From an archaeon (GTDB lineage: Archaea > B1Sed10-29 > WALL01): DNA of 64,000 nt. The position numbers and the translations under genes are program-made. The notes beneath the pieces are model-generated. The model saw only the letters and a list, made by a program, of their open reading frames with translations. It had not been told where the DNA came from and ran no database searches. The stretch is from positions 32,001-96,000 of the forward strand of contig JBHOSQ010000001.1 in the NCBI GenBank assembly GCA_042584585.1. The letters are read 5' to 3'. The first letter of the stretch is position 1. Every line of letters starts with the position of its first letter. Shown here piece by piece: positions 9,531-19,419 of this stretch.

Positions 9531-9608
9531 TGCTCCCTAGAAAGGCTTCCCGGCTATTTAAGCTTTTCGTGGCAAGAATTAAATACGCGCTCTGTGTTTT
9601 TGTTGGCG

Positions 9609-9830
9609 ATGAAGACGTATCTCGTGGTGTGGTTCAGCACCGAGGGCCAGCCCGTGTCGGAAGTTACGGGGCGGCTCATGTCCATGGGGTTCAGGCCCAT
9701 GAACGGAAACTACGACTACGTGTACGACTGGAGCCGCGACGTGCCGATGGACGAAGTGCTTTCCATTGGGGAGCAGGTCCAGGAGACGCTGCGCGGGTGC
9801 GGCGTTACGTTCAAGCTGGAGACGGTATAA
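9609..9830 (+). CDS. Small conserved archaeal-type hypothetical protein
   Basis: 73 aa MKTYLVVWFSTEG...GFRPMNGNYDYVYDW...FKLETV; abuts the next gene. Confidence 0.7.
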   Translation: MKTYLVVWFSTEGQPVSEVTGRLMSMGFRPMNGNYDYVYDWSRDVPMDEVLSIGEQVQETLRGCGVTFKLETV

Positions 9831-10679
9831 ATGATTCCCCCCGGAGTAATTGAGTTCGCGCAGTCTTACCTGCAGGCGATTCCCTCGCTTGTGATACAGG
9901 GCGACGTTGGCGCGATAGTGATTGGATTGATTTTGTTTTACGTCGGGTTAATCGTGGTCAACAAACTTAGTTTTTACATGCTTCGTGTGCTGAAGTACGT
10001 GGTCATCGTCGCGATTGTGGTCAGCGCGTTTTATGCCGTCGTGATGACGTTCATCACTAAAATGGCCGGCGCGGAAGTGCTTTACATTCTCCTCGGGCTA
10101 GTGGGAATCGGAATCGGGTTCGCGGGAGTCGTCGCGGCGCTTTACACACTGTACCGCGAGGCCACGAAGAACGTGGACATCGCGAAGATTCGCCAGGAAA
10201 AAATGCTGGCGTACCACAAGGAGCTCTTGCAGGAAGAAAAGGACAAGCTCGAGGCCGCGAAGGAACAGCTTGAGGAGCAGAAGGAAGAGCTCGAGAAAAA
10301 GGGCTCGATACAAAAAATCATTAAGCAGCAAAGCGTGCTGCTGACGATTATTACTTACATTCTTATCGCGGAGTTCGGCGTGTTTTCGTCAATCACTGTG
10401 AGTGCGCCGACCGTGGAAATCGGGATGATTATGTTTGCCTTGTTCACGGTTGGTGTGGTCGTCTACACGCTCAAGAATTATCCGGACCCGCGGCAGGGAC
10501 TGGTTTACTTGGCGGCGGCGTTCGTGTTCGCGTTCGTGATGTCCGTTGTGCTGGGGCACTTTTGGGTGGGGCACGCGCTCGGGGAACTGCTGTCCACTGC
10601 ATACTTCGCGCTGGACTCACTGGTAGCGTTCATCACAGGGATTGCCTTGAGCTTGTTTATGGGAAGCAAAAGCTCATAG
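9831..10679 (+). CDS. Multi-pass membrane protein with central cytoplasmic coiled coil
   Basis: About 7 hydrophobic segments separated by an E/K/Q heptad stretch. Confidence 0.8.
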   Translation: MIPPGVIEFAQSYLQAIPSLVIQGDVGAIVIGLILFYVGLIVVNKLSFYMLRVLKYVVIVAIVVSAFYAVVMTFITKMAGAEVLYILLGLVGIGIGFAGVVAALYTLYREATKNVDIAKIRQEKMLAYHKELLQEEKDKLEAAKEQLEEQKEELEKKGSIQKIIKQQSVLLTIITYILIAEFGVFSSITVSAPTVEIGMIMFALFTVGVVVYTLKNYPDPRQGLVYLAAAFVFAFVMSVVLGHFWVGHALGELLSTAYFALDSLVAFITGIALSLFMGSKSS

Positions 10680-11480
10680 CATTTTCTTGAGCTTCAGGGA
10701 GTCGGTTTCAAGATTGGGCGACTCGCAAATAGCTGTGCCCTCTAGGTGCCACTTTTTCATTGCGTCGGCAATCGGCTTGAACCCGGGCTCGCCGCACTCG
10801 TCCATTTCGCAGTGCTTGAGCTCGCCTTTTTCGGAGTAAATGATTCCAGAGAAATGCATGTGCAGGTCGTGCAGGAAGCTCGCGCCCAACTCTTTTTTCA
10901 TGCGCTTGAACACGTCGTCGTAATTCACTTTGCCCGCGACGCGCGCGTACACGTGAGAAAAGTCAAGAGTCATTCCCAGCCCAGGCACGTCGCTGCACAA
11001 CAGCATCAATTCTTCCCACGACCCGAACTGCGTGGGCTTGCCCGTCGTCTCGGGGCAGAGGCGCACGTCCCACCCCTTTTTCTCGACTACTTCGGTGAGT
11101 GCCATTAACTCGTCGTACATCGTGGTGAAGACTTGCCCGGGGTCTTGCTTGAGGTAAAACCCGGGGTGGAAGCAAATGTTTCGCGCGCCCATCAAGTGGC
11201 CTTTTTCGCACGAGTCAAGAATTCTTTTTTCAGAGTCCTTGCGCTTCTGTGCCTCGCGCGCGTTGAGGTTGATGAAGTACGGGCCGTGTACGGACAAAGA
11301 GACGTTGTGCTCCTCGGCGTGCTCGCGCAATTGCCGTGCGGTGCCGTTGCCCATGTGCACCCCGTGAGTGAACTCGACTTCCATGGCGTCCAAGCCCAGT
11401 TCGCGGATGCGTGTGACTCCGTCAAAAGAAGTGCGCTTTTTCGCGGACCACGGCGTGCCTGCTGTCCCGAACTTAATCAT
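10674..11480 (-). CDS. nfo: Endonuclease IV (AP endonuclease 2 family)
   Basis: SVHGPYFINLN, FHPG, PETTGKPTQFG, LDFSHVYAR, HMHFSGI. Confidence 0.92.
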   Translation of the reverse strand: MIKFGTAGTPWSAKKRTSFDGVTRIRELGLDAMEVEFTHGVHMGNGTARQLREHAEEHNVSLSVHGPYFINLNAREAQKRKDSEKRILDSCEKGHLMGARNICFHPGFYLKQDPGQVFTTMYDELMALTEVVEKKGWDVRLCPETTGKPTQFGSWEELMLLCSDVPGLGMTLDFSHVYARVAGKVNYDDVFKRMKKELGASFLHDLHMHFSGIIYSEKGELKHCEMDECGEPGFKPIADAMKKWHLEGTAICESPNLETDSLKLKKML

Positions 11481-11878
11481 TACTTAAGTGCCTCAATCGC
11501 TTTTTCGAACAAGTGCTTGTTGTTGCCGGCGGACTTCATTTCCTTGCGGACCGTGGCAAGAAGCGAAAGCTTTTGCGCGGGCGTAAGCCCGTTTTTGCCG
11601 GCGAGTGTTGACACGAGGCCAAAAGTTTCCGTGAGGACCTCGGCGTCTCGTTTGTGGCGCTGTATGTTTTTCCCCAGTAAAAGAGGCAAATTCGGAATAG
11701 TTTTTCCGTTGACTTTTTCATTTTCTTTCGCGGCAATGTGAATGGTTTTTGTCGCAGTGCACACAATGTTGGCCCGTGGGTTCTTCAAGGCGTCCACGTT
11801 GGTCTTTATGTCAAGCACGGTCTGGCCCTTCCGGGGCACTGCACCCCTTATGTCTCGTTTTTTTCCACCTTTTGCCAT
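11480..11878 (-). CDS. Basic orphan protein
   Basis: 132 aa, K-rich; AGGTG SD; stop/start overlap with nfo. Confidence 0.6.
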   Translation of the reverse strand: MAKGGKKRDIRGAVPRKGQTVLDIKTNVDALKNPRANIVCTATKTIHIAAKENEKVNGKTIPNLPLLLGKNIQRHKRDAEVLTETFGLVSTLAGKNGLTPAQKLSLLATVRKEMKSAGNNKHLFEKAIEALK

Positions 11879-11898
11879 TTAATTCACCTGTTTAACTG

Positions 11899-12681
11899 TT
11901 AGGAAAGATTCTGAATCAGATCCTCAAGGCTCGCGTGGTGCTGCTCGTGTATTTTCTCGATTTTCCCTAGCGTTCGTTCCAGCCCCCACAACTTGATCCT
12001 CATTGTCTTGCGTTTGGCTTCCTCGGCCTCGATGTCGCGGTCCGCCTCAGCGCCCAGAAGCACATACTGGTTAACCGTTTCAGTGACTTTGGGCTTTTGT
12101 TCCGGCACCGCTTTTCTCCGCACGTTATCAGTCCGCTTCCGCAACTTTTCCGCGGTCCGTTTCTTCCTCGTGTACTTCAGGACGTTTGCATGGATGTCCC
12201 CCACCAGTTTCCCAACGTGGCCCATTTCCTTCTCGGAGTCCTCCTGGATGCCTTCGAGACTCGTTTTGGACAGCTTAAGGCCTGCTTTCGCCTTCTTCTT
12301 CAGTTTTTTGCGGTTCTCGGAAGACAGCTCGTTCGTTGCCATGAACTTGTTCAAAACGTGAATCGCCATCTGCCTGACCTCTACATCAGAATTCGTCAAG
12401 TGCCTTTTCCCGAGGCGCATGACCCGCGTCTCGTTGAGCAAGCCGGCGTCGGCAAGCTCCACCAAAAGCGAGTGGGTTTGCGCGCGGACGCCTTCGTGTG
12501 AGTGCCCCCGTTCGTCCTTGCGCTCCAGGTTGTTCAGCAAAGCAGTGAAAACGCCTCGGACTTCCTTGGACGTGAACTTTCCTTTCCTCACGCGCTCCCG
12601 AAGCTTCCTAGTCCTCTTCTCGACAACAGAGTGCTTCTTGCCCTCAAGGCCCATACTCTTCCGAACTGTAATCATGAGCAT
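11899..12681 (-). CDS. Basic orphan with HEAT-like segment and coiled coil
   Basis: LTNSDVEVRQMAIHVL HEAT-like motif; K/R-rich helices. Confidence 0.6.
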   Translation of the reverse strand: MLMITVRKSMGLEGKKHSVVEKRTRKLRERVRKGKFTSKEVRGVFTALLNNLERKDERGHSHEGVRAQTHSLLVELADAGLLNETRVMRLGKRHLTNSDVEVRQMAIHVLNKFMATNELSSENRKKLKKKAKAGLKLSKTSLEGIQEDSEKEMGHVGKLVGDIHANVLKYTRKKRTAEKLRKRTDNVRRKAVPEQKPKVTETVNQYVLLGAEADRDIEAEEAKRKTMRIKLWGLERTLGKIEKIHEQHHASLEDLIQNLS

Positions 12682-12747
12682 AGTAATGCAGTAGGGGAAT
12701 AAAAAAGAGCAAGATTATTTATACCCAATTCCACAGAGTTTAATGCA

Positions 12748-13767
12748 ATGGCCCTTACTCCGGACGAGGAAAAGATTCTCGAATCCATCAAAGTCGCTTC
12801 TGAAAACGACCCCAACAACCCCGAGTACCCGCCATGGCAGCCAAAATGGCCGTCCACGCCCACATACCAAATCGACGTGCCCGGGTTCACCAACGTGTGG
12901 CTGAAGGACGAGAGCCACAACCCCACCGGCACGCACAAAGACCGAATGGCGTGGGAAATGGTGGTCACCTACCGCGACTTTTTATTGGCTAAACAAAACA
13001 GCCAAATAAGCGAACTCCCCCATCTATCGATAATTACTTCAGGCTCAGCGGGAATCGCAATACAAACAATGCTCAAGAAATACGAATTGCCTGCACTGAA
13101 GTGCCTTATCGACGCCGGGCTCGACGAAAAAATCAAGGCGTCGCTCCAAAAAATCGGCTGCGAATTGTACGAAACCGCTTTGGCGAAAAAGCCGTTCACG
13201 TGGCAGGAAATCCTCGCGCTCACACACAACGAAAACGGCTTCGACATTACTTCGTCGGAAGCGCTTGACCCCACCACGCGGTTTTATGATTGGCTTAGCT
13301 ACGACATAATCAACCAGTCGGCCGACTACTGCTTCATCCCGTTCGGCACGGGAAACCTATACGAAAACGTGCTCAATATTAGTAAACGCGAAGTGAGCAC
13401 AGCGGACCACGACCCGCGGTTCAGGGGCGACGTGGAAACGCTCCGCAAATGCAACTTTGTTGGCGCGACTTCGAACAACCCCGGCACAACGGCGGACAAG
13501 CTGTACTCACCGCATTTGCCGTTCGTGCACTACGACGAGCAGTGGATACGGTTTTACAGGCATGCCGCGTTCTGCGGGCCCGAGAGCGACGTGCGGCTGC
13601 TGCAGGAAGAGTACTTACCTAAGGCAAAAGAAATCGCGGGCGCGAACAGCGTTGACTGCGAGCCATCGGGAATCGCGGGGCTCGCGATGATGCTGCAGAT
13701 GCAAGAGTCATTGCCGAAAGACAAGAAGATGCTTGTTGTAAACACGGGAAAAACTAAGTACCCTTGA
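12748..13767 (+). CDS. PLP-dependent fold-type II enzyme (threonine synthase/cysteine synthase-like)
   Basis: WLKDESHNPTGTHKDR, TSGSAG, IPFGTGNL, CEPSGIAGLA, VVNTG. Confidence 0.85.
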   Translation: MALTPDEEKILESIKVASENDPNNPEYPPWQPKWPSTPTYQIDVPGFTNVWLKDESHNPTGTHKDRMAWEMVVTYRDFLLAKQNSQISELPHLSIITSGSAGIAIQTMLKKYELPALKCLIDAGLDEKIKASLQKIGCELYETALAKKPFTWQEILALTHNENGFDITSSEALDPTTRFYDWLSYDIINQSADYCFIPFGTGNLYENVLNISKREVSTADHDPRFRGDVETLRKCNFVGATSNNPGTTADKLYSPHLPFVHYDEQWIRFYRHAAFCGPESDVRLLQEEYLPKAKEIAGANSVDCEPSGIAGLAMMLQMQESLPKDKKMLVVNTGKTKYP

Positions 13768-14293
13768 GAACCAGCCACACCGTGTCGATGTATTCGCCGT
13801 AATGGTCTTCCCATTCCTTCAGGACAACGAATTCCTTGAATCCCAGGTCTTCGTAAAGCTTAAGTGCGGCTTTGTTCTGTGGGTTCGCGCGAAGAAACAG
13901 GTGATGTGGGCTCCACTTTTCTTTGGCCGCTTCAATCATCAAAGACATTAATTCGTGGCCGAGCCCCTGGCCCCGCACTTCCTTCGCCAAAGCGATGCCG
14001 ACTTCGACGTTGCCGCGTTCCTTCCACTTGCCCTGCTGCGCGTTGACGCCGCCGACGTGCCTGCCGTCCAGCAAAACGCGCCACGAAATCAAGCGCCCCG
14101 CCTCGATTTCACTCATTTGGCCGCGCAGCCAATCCGCCTCTTCCTCCGGCGACTGCTTCTCGTCATAAACCAAAAAGGCTTTTTCTTCGATTAAGCCGTT
14201 AAAAAAATTGGTGATGCCGATGACGTCCTCGTTCGGCTGCAAGTCCCGGACCAAAACAGTGCGGCCGTCCTTCAAGCCGATTTCCTTTTCCAT
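13754..14293 (-). CDS. GNAT (RimJ/RimL-like) acetyltransferase
   Basis: VRGQGLG motif A; NKAALKLYEDLGF motif B. Confidence 0.92.
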   Translation of the reverse strand: MEKEIGLKDGRTVLVRDLQPNEDVIGITNFFNGLIEEKAFLVYDEKQSPEEEADWLRGQMSEIEAGRLISWRVLLDGRHVGGVNAQQGKWKERGNVEVGIALAKEVRGQGLGHELMSLMIEAAKEKWSPHHLFLRANPQNKAALKLYEDLGFKEFVVLKEWEDHYGEYIDTVWLVLKGT

Positions 14294-15723
14294 AAGTAGC
14301 CACTTAACTCAGTGATTTTTACGCGCTCCTGCTTCTGCGTGTCGCGCTCACGCACAGTCACGGCGTTGTCCTTCAAGGAATCGAAGTCAAAAGTAATCCC
14401 GAACGGCACGCCCACCTCGTCGGCACGCGCGTACCTGCGCCCGATGGAGCCACCGGCGTCGAAAAACACTTTGATGCCCTCGTCGCGCAATGTTTGGAGA
14501 ACAATGCGCGCCTTCTCGGGCAAGCCCTCCTTGTTGACCAACGGATACACACCGGCGTCAAACGGCGCGAGCCGCGGCGGCAAAGCAAAGTACCAGCCAT
14601 CCTTCCCCTCCTTAAGAGAAGTGTCTAACAAAGCGAACACGAGGCGGTCCACCCCAAAGGAGAGCTCAAGCACGTGGGGGTTGTAGTCCTTCCCCGGCAC
14701 AAGCATTTTTTGGCCGCTTACTTTTTGGTGGCCCTTCAGGTCGTGGTCAGTGCGGTAATGAAAGCCAGCGATTTCGACCCACTTGTCGAACGACGGCAGT
14801 TTTACCTCGAGGTCAATGTGGTACTGGTTGTAAAACGCTTTTTCCTCGTCCGAGAGTTGGGCGAGGCGCAAGTGCTTCCCGAGGCCGATGTATTCCATGA
14901 ACTCCCAGTCCTTCGCCAGGTAATACAGCAAGAACTCGGGCATCTTGGTTGCCTTTTTCACTTCGTCGATGGTCATGGCTTTTTCTTTCTTGCCGGGAAG
15001 CGCGAACAATACTTTCTTTTTCTTTATGGACTTGTAGTCGATGTCCGGCGTGGCCTTGGGGTCGAAAAAGATTTGTAATTCAGCCTGCGTGAACTCGCGG
15101 GCGCGGATCGTTAGTTGGCGGGGCGAGATTTCGTTGCGGAACGCCTTGCCGATTATTGCGAGGCCCAGTGGCAGCTTCTCGCGGTTCGCGCGGAACTCGC
15201 GCTTGTACGCAGTGAACGGGCCTTGCGCGGTCTCGGGCCGGAGGTACGCGGTTGTTTTTGCGTCGCCGGCGCCGACGCTGACGGGGAACATTAGTGTGAA
15301 CGACTCGATGTCCTTGAATTTTGCTTTGCACTTGGGGCAGACTGCCTTGTGCTTTTTGATTACGGCATTTAATTCGTTGGCCGAGAGGCCCTCGAACTTT
15401 TCGCCGAGGAATTCTTCGAGCAGGTGGTCGGCGCGGACCTGTGTCTTGCACTTGCCGCATTCCGCGATTGGGTCGTTGAAGTGCTCGAGGTGGCCGGAGG
15501 CCTTGAACACGCTTTGGGGCATGATGAGGGAGGAGTCGATTTCGTGGAAGTTGTCTGCAAGCGAGAGAAAGAAGCTGCGCCACTCGGTCTCGAGCCGGCG
15601 CTTTATTTCGGAGCCGGTGGAGCCATAGTCGTAAAACCCGGCGACTGGGTTGTGTGGCTCAGCTGTCGGGTAAATGATTGCCCTCTTCAGCAGCAGTTCC
15701 TGCAGCTTTTCGTAGTGGCTCAT
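14272..15723 (-). CDS. glyS: Glycine--tRNA ligase (alpha2, archaeal/eukaryotic type)
   Basis: YLRPETAQG, FRNEISPRQ..R.REFTQAE, ELSFGVDR, SIGRRYARADEVG; start ATG 15723. Confidence 0.97.
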   Translation of the reverse strand: MSHYEKLQELLLKRAIIYPTAEPHNPVAGFYDYGSTGSEIKRRLETEWRSFFLSLADNFHEIDSSLIMPQSVFKASGHLEHFNDPIAECGKCKTQVRADHLLEEFLGEKFEGLSANELNAVIKKHKAVCPKCKAKFKDIESFTLMFPVSVGAGDAKTTAYLRPETAQGPFTAYKREFRANREKLPLGLAIIGKAFRNEISPRQLTIRAREFTQAELQIFFDPKATPDIDYKSIKKKKVLFALPGKKEKAMTIDEVKKATKMPEFLLYYLAKDWEFMEYIGLGKHLRLAQLSDEEKAFYNQYHIDLEVKLPSFDKWVEIAGFHYRTDHDLKGHQKVSGQKMLVPGKDYNPHVLELSFGVDRLVFALLDTSLKEGKDGWYFALPPRLAPFDAGVYPLVNKEGLPEKARIVLQTLRDEGIKVFFDAGGSIGRRYARADEVGVPFGITFDFDSLKDNAVTVRERDTQKQERVKITELSGYLWKRKSA

Positions 15724-15774
15724 GCAGTGTTGGTTTAATCGCCACGCTTTTATATAACTAAGCGAAGAACATAG

Positions 15775-16575
15775 GTGATTTCTATGGACATCCGTCAACT
15801 ACGCAGAAAAGCCCTGGTCAAGGCCAAGCAAAAGGTCAGGGAAAAAAAGGCGGGGAGAGACTACGCAGTCATACAGGCAGTCGAAGCCATTGACGAACTG
15901 GACGACATTGCCAACATCATGACCGAGCGAGTCAGGAACTGGTACGCGTTCCACTACCCCGAGCTCTCGAAGCTCGTGCGGAGCGTCGACACTTACCTCG
16001 AAATAATCACTGTGCTGAAGGGGCGGAAGGACATGCGCGTCGCGGCACTCACCAAGTACTTGCCTGAGGCACAAGCCAAAAAAGTTGAGCTGATTGCAGA
16101 GCAGACAATGGGTGCCGACCTCAGCGACACCGACCTCGAGAGCATAGCCAAGTTTGCGTCGCTCGCGGCACACGCGCACAAAGAACGCGAAGAATTGGCG
16201 CAATACGTCGACGACACCACCGAAGACATCTGCCCCAACATGAAGTCACTCGTCGGGGGATTATTGTCAGCAAGGCTGATTGCCAAGGCCGGCTCGTTGG
16301 AGCGGCTCGCGGAAATGCCGGCGTCGACCGTGCAAGTCCTCGGCGCGGAAAAAGCGTTGTTCGCACACATCAAGAAAGGCGTGAAGCCCCCGAAGCACGG
16401 CCTGATTTTCGCTTACCCGGCTATTCACCAGGCGCCCAAGAACAGGAAAGGCAAGATTTCCCGCGTGGTCGCGGGCAAACTGGCCATCGCGGCGCGAATG
16501 GACTTTTTCAAGCACGGCCTGGACAAGACCCTTGCCGTAGAGCTCGAGAAAAAGATTGCGGGCGCGCTTAAATGA
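15775..16575 (+). CDS. nop5: Nop5/Nop56 box C/D sRNP protein, short form
   Basis: ERVRNWYAFHYPEL, PASTVQVLGAEKALFAH, PPKHGLIF, RGK-type ARxxAGK motif. Confidence 0.93.
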   Translation: MISMDIRQLRRKALVKAKQKVREKKAGRDYAVIQAVEAIDELDDIANIMTERVRNWYAFHYPELSKLVRSVDTYLEIITVLKGRKDMRVAALTKYLPEAQAKKVELIAEQTMGADLSDTDLESIAKFASLAAHAHKEREELAQYVDDTTEDICPNMKSLVGGLLSARLIAKAGSLERLAEMPASTVQVLGAEKALFAHIKKGVKPPKHGLIFAYPAIHQAPKNRKGKISRVVAGKLAIAARMDFFKHGLDKTLAVELEKKIAGALK

Positions 16576-17216
16576 ACGAAGCGTTCCACAACGTGTTCCG
16601 CGACGGAAAGCAATTGTATACACTGTCGTTTGACCCCGGGCAGCGAGTCTACGGCGAACGATTACTGAAGCACAACTCTGGCGAGCTGCGGCAGTGGGAC
16701 CCGAACCGGTCCAAGCTGGCGGCCGCGATTCTGAAGGGATTGAAAAAGTTTCCGTTCGAGGCGGGCACCGGTGTGTTGTACCTCGGCGCTGCGCAGGGAA
16801 CCACTCCGTCGCACGTGAGCGACGTGGTAAACAAGGGAGTTGTTGTTTGCGTCGAAATCTCGCAGAAGGCGTTCGAGAAATTACTTCCTTTGTGCGAACG
16901 GCGGGAGAACATGGTTCCCGTGCTGGCGGACGCGAACCAGCCGGGAGAGTACGCGGATTATTTGGACGGCGTGTCCGTTGTTTACCAGGACGTCGCGCAG
17001 CCGAACCAGGCAGCCATTTTTGTGAAGAACATGGCAAAAATCAAGGGGTACGGGATTCTGTGCATCAAGGCGCGGAGCGTGAACGTCGCGGAGCTTCCGA
17101 AGAACGTGTTCAAACGCGAAATCAAAGTATTGGAAGACGCGGGGCTGGACGTGCTGGAAGTTATTCCGTTGGAGCCGTTCGAAAAAGACCATGTGCTAGT
17201 GGTCTGCAAGAATTGA
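16572..17216 (+). CDS. flpA: Fibrillarin-like rRNA/tRNA 2'-O-methyltransferase
   Basis: VYGE, WDPNRSKLAAA, VLYLGAAQGTTPSHVSD, YQDVAQPNQ; ATGA-coupled to nop5. Confidence 0.97.
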   Translation: MNEAFHNVFRDGKQLYTLSFDPGQRVYGERLLKHNSGELRQWDPNRSKLAAAILKGLKKFPFEAGTGVLYLGAAQGTTPSHVSDVVNKGVVVCVEISQKAFEKLLPLCERRENMVPVLADANQPGEYADYLDGVSVVYQDVAQPNQAAIFVKNMAKIKGYGILCIKARSVNVAELPKNVFKREIKVLEDAGLDVLEVIPLEPFEKDHVLVVCKN

Positions 17217-17236
17217 TTCTAGAAAAATAAGTAGAA

Positions 17237-17256
17237 CGGCAGCCGAATGGCTGCCG
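17237..17256. terminator. Hairpin between convergent genes
   Basis: cggcagcc-gaat-ggctgccg, a perfect 8-bp stem. Confidence 0.55.
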
Positions 17257-17266
17257 GGGTTTGTTT

Positions 17267-18403
17267 CTAACAAGAGCCACTTGCACTGCCGGTAGCCGTG
17301 CCAATGGATTCGGCGCATGCCTCTGGCGTGTTGGTGAAGCCAGTGCATATGGAGGTCTTGTAGTCCTCCGGTGCGCGTCCGCCGTTGTGCTTCACGCCGT
17401 TGACGAAAACAGCAGGTGAGCCACTTACGTCTTTCTCGACGTTAAGCGCCCTCTCCGCAGCCATCAATGCAACGCCGTCCTCTTCCTGGCAGGTGCTTAC
17501 TGCGTCGGAGTCAACGTTGGCATCTTCGGCAGCATCGAGCCAGCAAGTGTTGATGTCCGAGAGCTGGCAGTTGTCGTACACATACTTGAGGTACTCCCAC
17601 AGCGTCGAGCTGTCGTAGTCCCTGGCGATGCAGGCCTGCCTGATGTTCTCGTTCAACTCGTCGATGCCGTGCATCGCGCACAAATTGCCGTCGTCGATAC
17701 AGTAGTCCTCGCCGCCACCGCGGTAGTTCTCGTAAATCACGAAATGCGGTGTCCAGTCAACAGAGTCGCCGAGCAGCTGGTAGACCGGCTCAAGCCCTTT
17801 CTCGGCCTGCTGGCCGTACGGGCAAAAGCTCATCACGAAAAACTCGACTTCCGGAACCGCCATGTCAGGCGCGTCAAAGCTCGCCGTCTGCGGGGTTTCG
17901 GGGGCCTGAGGCGCTTGCGCCTCAGGTGATTCCTCGACCTCGGCAACGCCGTAGAAAAACAGCTTGCCGTCCTTTGTCAAGTAGCCAACGACTTCGTCGT
18001 CGCCCGCGTCAGAAGACAGGATGATGTCAAGCTTGTACACGCCAGACTCTTCCTCGACGCTCGTGACTTTGGCAGTCACTCCCGGCGGAACCAGGTTCTG
18101 TGCGATGAACTCTTCCGAAATCTCGATGACTTCGGAGTCGGTCATACTTCCCGTTGCTCCGTCCAAGTAAACTATCTTTGGGACCTCAATGATGGAGGTT
18201 CCCGAGCCGGAAGCAAGCTTCGCCGCAGTCGCCGCCATGCCAATGATGACTATGGCCGCAACGATGACGATTGCCCAGTTCCACATGCTTGGCGTGACCT
18301 TGGTCTTTGCAAAGCTCACAGCTGAGCTTGGCTTCGCCTTGTGTGTGGGGGCGTGTTTAACCGGCTTTTTTGTTGTTTTCTTTTTTGTTGTTTTCTTTGC
18401 CAT
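17267..18403 (-). CDS. Membrane-anchored thioredoxin-fold (DsbA/GILT-like) protein
   Basis: Basic N-tail, one TM helix, FVMSFCPYG, MHGIDELNEN..QAC, VSGSPAVFVNG cis-Pro loop. Confidence 0.8.
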   Translation of the reverse strand: MAKKTTKKKTTKKPVKHAPTHKAKPSSAVSFAKTKVTPSMWNWAIVIVAAIVIIGMAATAAKLASGSGTSIIEVPKIVYLDGATGSMTDSEVIEISEEFIAQNLVPPGVTAKVTSVEEESGVYKLDIILSSDAGDDEVVGYLTKDGKLFFYGVAEVEESPEAQAPQAPETPQTASFDAPDMAVPEVEFFVMSFCPYGQQAEKGLEPVYQLLGDSVDWTPHFVIYENYRGGGEDYCIDDGNLCAMHGIDELNENIRQACIARDYDSSTLWEYLKYVYDNCQLSDINTCWLDAAEDANVDSDAVSTCQEEDGVALMAAERALNVEKDVSGSPAVFVNGVKHNGGRAPEDYKTSICTGFTNTPEACAESIGTATGSASGSC

Positions 18404-18434
18404 TCTATATCCCTCGCGAAGGGGTTTTTACGGA

Positions 18435-18548
18435 TGGGCGTGCCGAGATTTGAACTCGGGACCTCCGGTTGTCTCCGGCTCGCGGCCGAATGTCTGGAAC
18501 GCTGCCATATAAGACCGGCGCTCTGAAACCAGGCTAAGCTACACGCCC
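18435..18548 (-). tRNA. tRNA-Ile(UAU) with 37-nt canonical intron (18471-18507)
   Basis: GGGCGTG/CACGCCC acceptor stem; CCGGT-CT-TAT-A|intron|A-ACCGG anticodon arm; CCGAG-TTCAAAT-CTCGG T-arm; relaxed BHB; CCA not encoded. Confidence 0.9.
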
Positions 18549-18587
18549 CTCCCGCTGGGAGAATTGAGTTGTTTGTTTTTAAAAAGG

Positions 18588-19346
18588 TTAGCCTTTAGTG
18601 ATGAGGTATTCCTTGCAGTGTTCCCTCAGGGCGTTGCGCAGCTTGAGCTGGTAGTCCTTGCCCGACTCGACCACATCCTCCGGATTTTCCGGAAAGAATG
18701 TCTTCTCGACCTTTACGTCTATCGCCGGAAAGTACCTGTTAAGCGAGGAACTCAGTATATCATCGATGAACGAGTCGAGGTCCACGTGCGACCCCCTCCC
18801 CCTATTCTCGTGCTTTCTTACTATCTTTCCCACTTCAGTGACGACGCGTGACCTCTGGGCATTTTCGGGGTTTTCGGTGCTGTCAATAATGACGTTAATC
18901 AAATCAATCGGGTTTTTCTTGAGCTCGCTGATTGGCACGGAACCCGAGGGCGGGGGCGGCAGAGGCCTAGTGCTTTCGTCCTTTTCGTAAACGGGCTGAT
19001 CGTCTTCCGCCTCCCCCTCGTAGGTAGGAGCAGTGGGGTTTTCCAGCTCTTCGGATGTTAGCTCGATTTCGCCCATCTCGGACTTTTCTAGGAGGAGGCC
19101 ATCCATGAAGGGCTTTGTCACCGCGAGATATGACTGCTTGGCGTTCATGCCTTTTTCCGACGCAGTCACAAGGGCCTCGGCCATGTCCTTGCGAAGATCT
19201 CTGACCACGGCAAGCGAATAGTCCCGCACCTTGCCGTTTGGGTCGACCTTGTTCCGGCCGAGATGGTGGTCCCTCACAGTTTTGGGGATAAGGCTGAGAC
19301 TCAAAAACTTCTTCATGCTCATCTCGTGATGCAGTCCTTCCACCAT
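18588..19346 (-). CDS. Orphan protein with acidic/Pro-rich linker
   Basis: Long ORF; likely leaderless start at ATG 19346, ~25 nt below a TTTATATT box. Confidence 0.6.
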   Translation of the reverse strand: MVEGLHHEMSMKKFLSLSLIPKTVRDHHLGRNKVDPNGKVRDYSLAVVRDLRKDMAEALVTASEKGMNAKQSYLAVTKPFMDGLLLEKSEMGEIELTSEELENPTAPTYEGEAEDDQPVYEKDESTRPLPPPPSGSVPISELKKNPIDLINVIIDSTENPENAQRSRVVTEVGKIVRKHENRGRGSHVDLDSFIDDILSSSLNRYFPAIDVKVEKTFFPENPEDVVESGKDYQLKLRNALREHCKEYLITKG

Positions 19347-19419
19347 TGTGCATAATTTTGGCAAGCCCCGAATATAAACCATTAGGTATAAAAACCGCGG
19401 CGCGGCTAATCCGAGTCAC

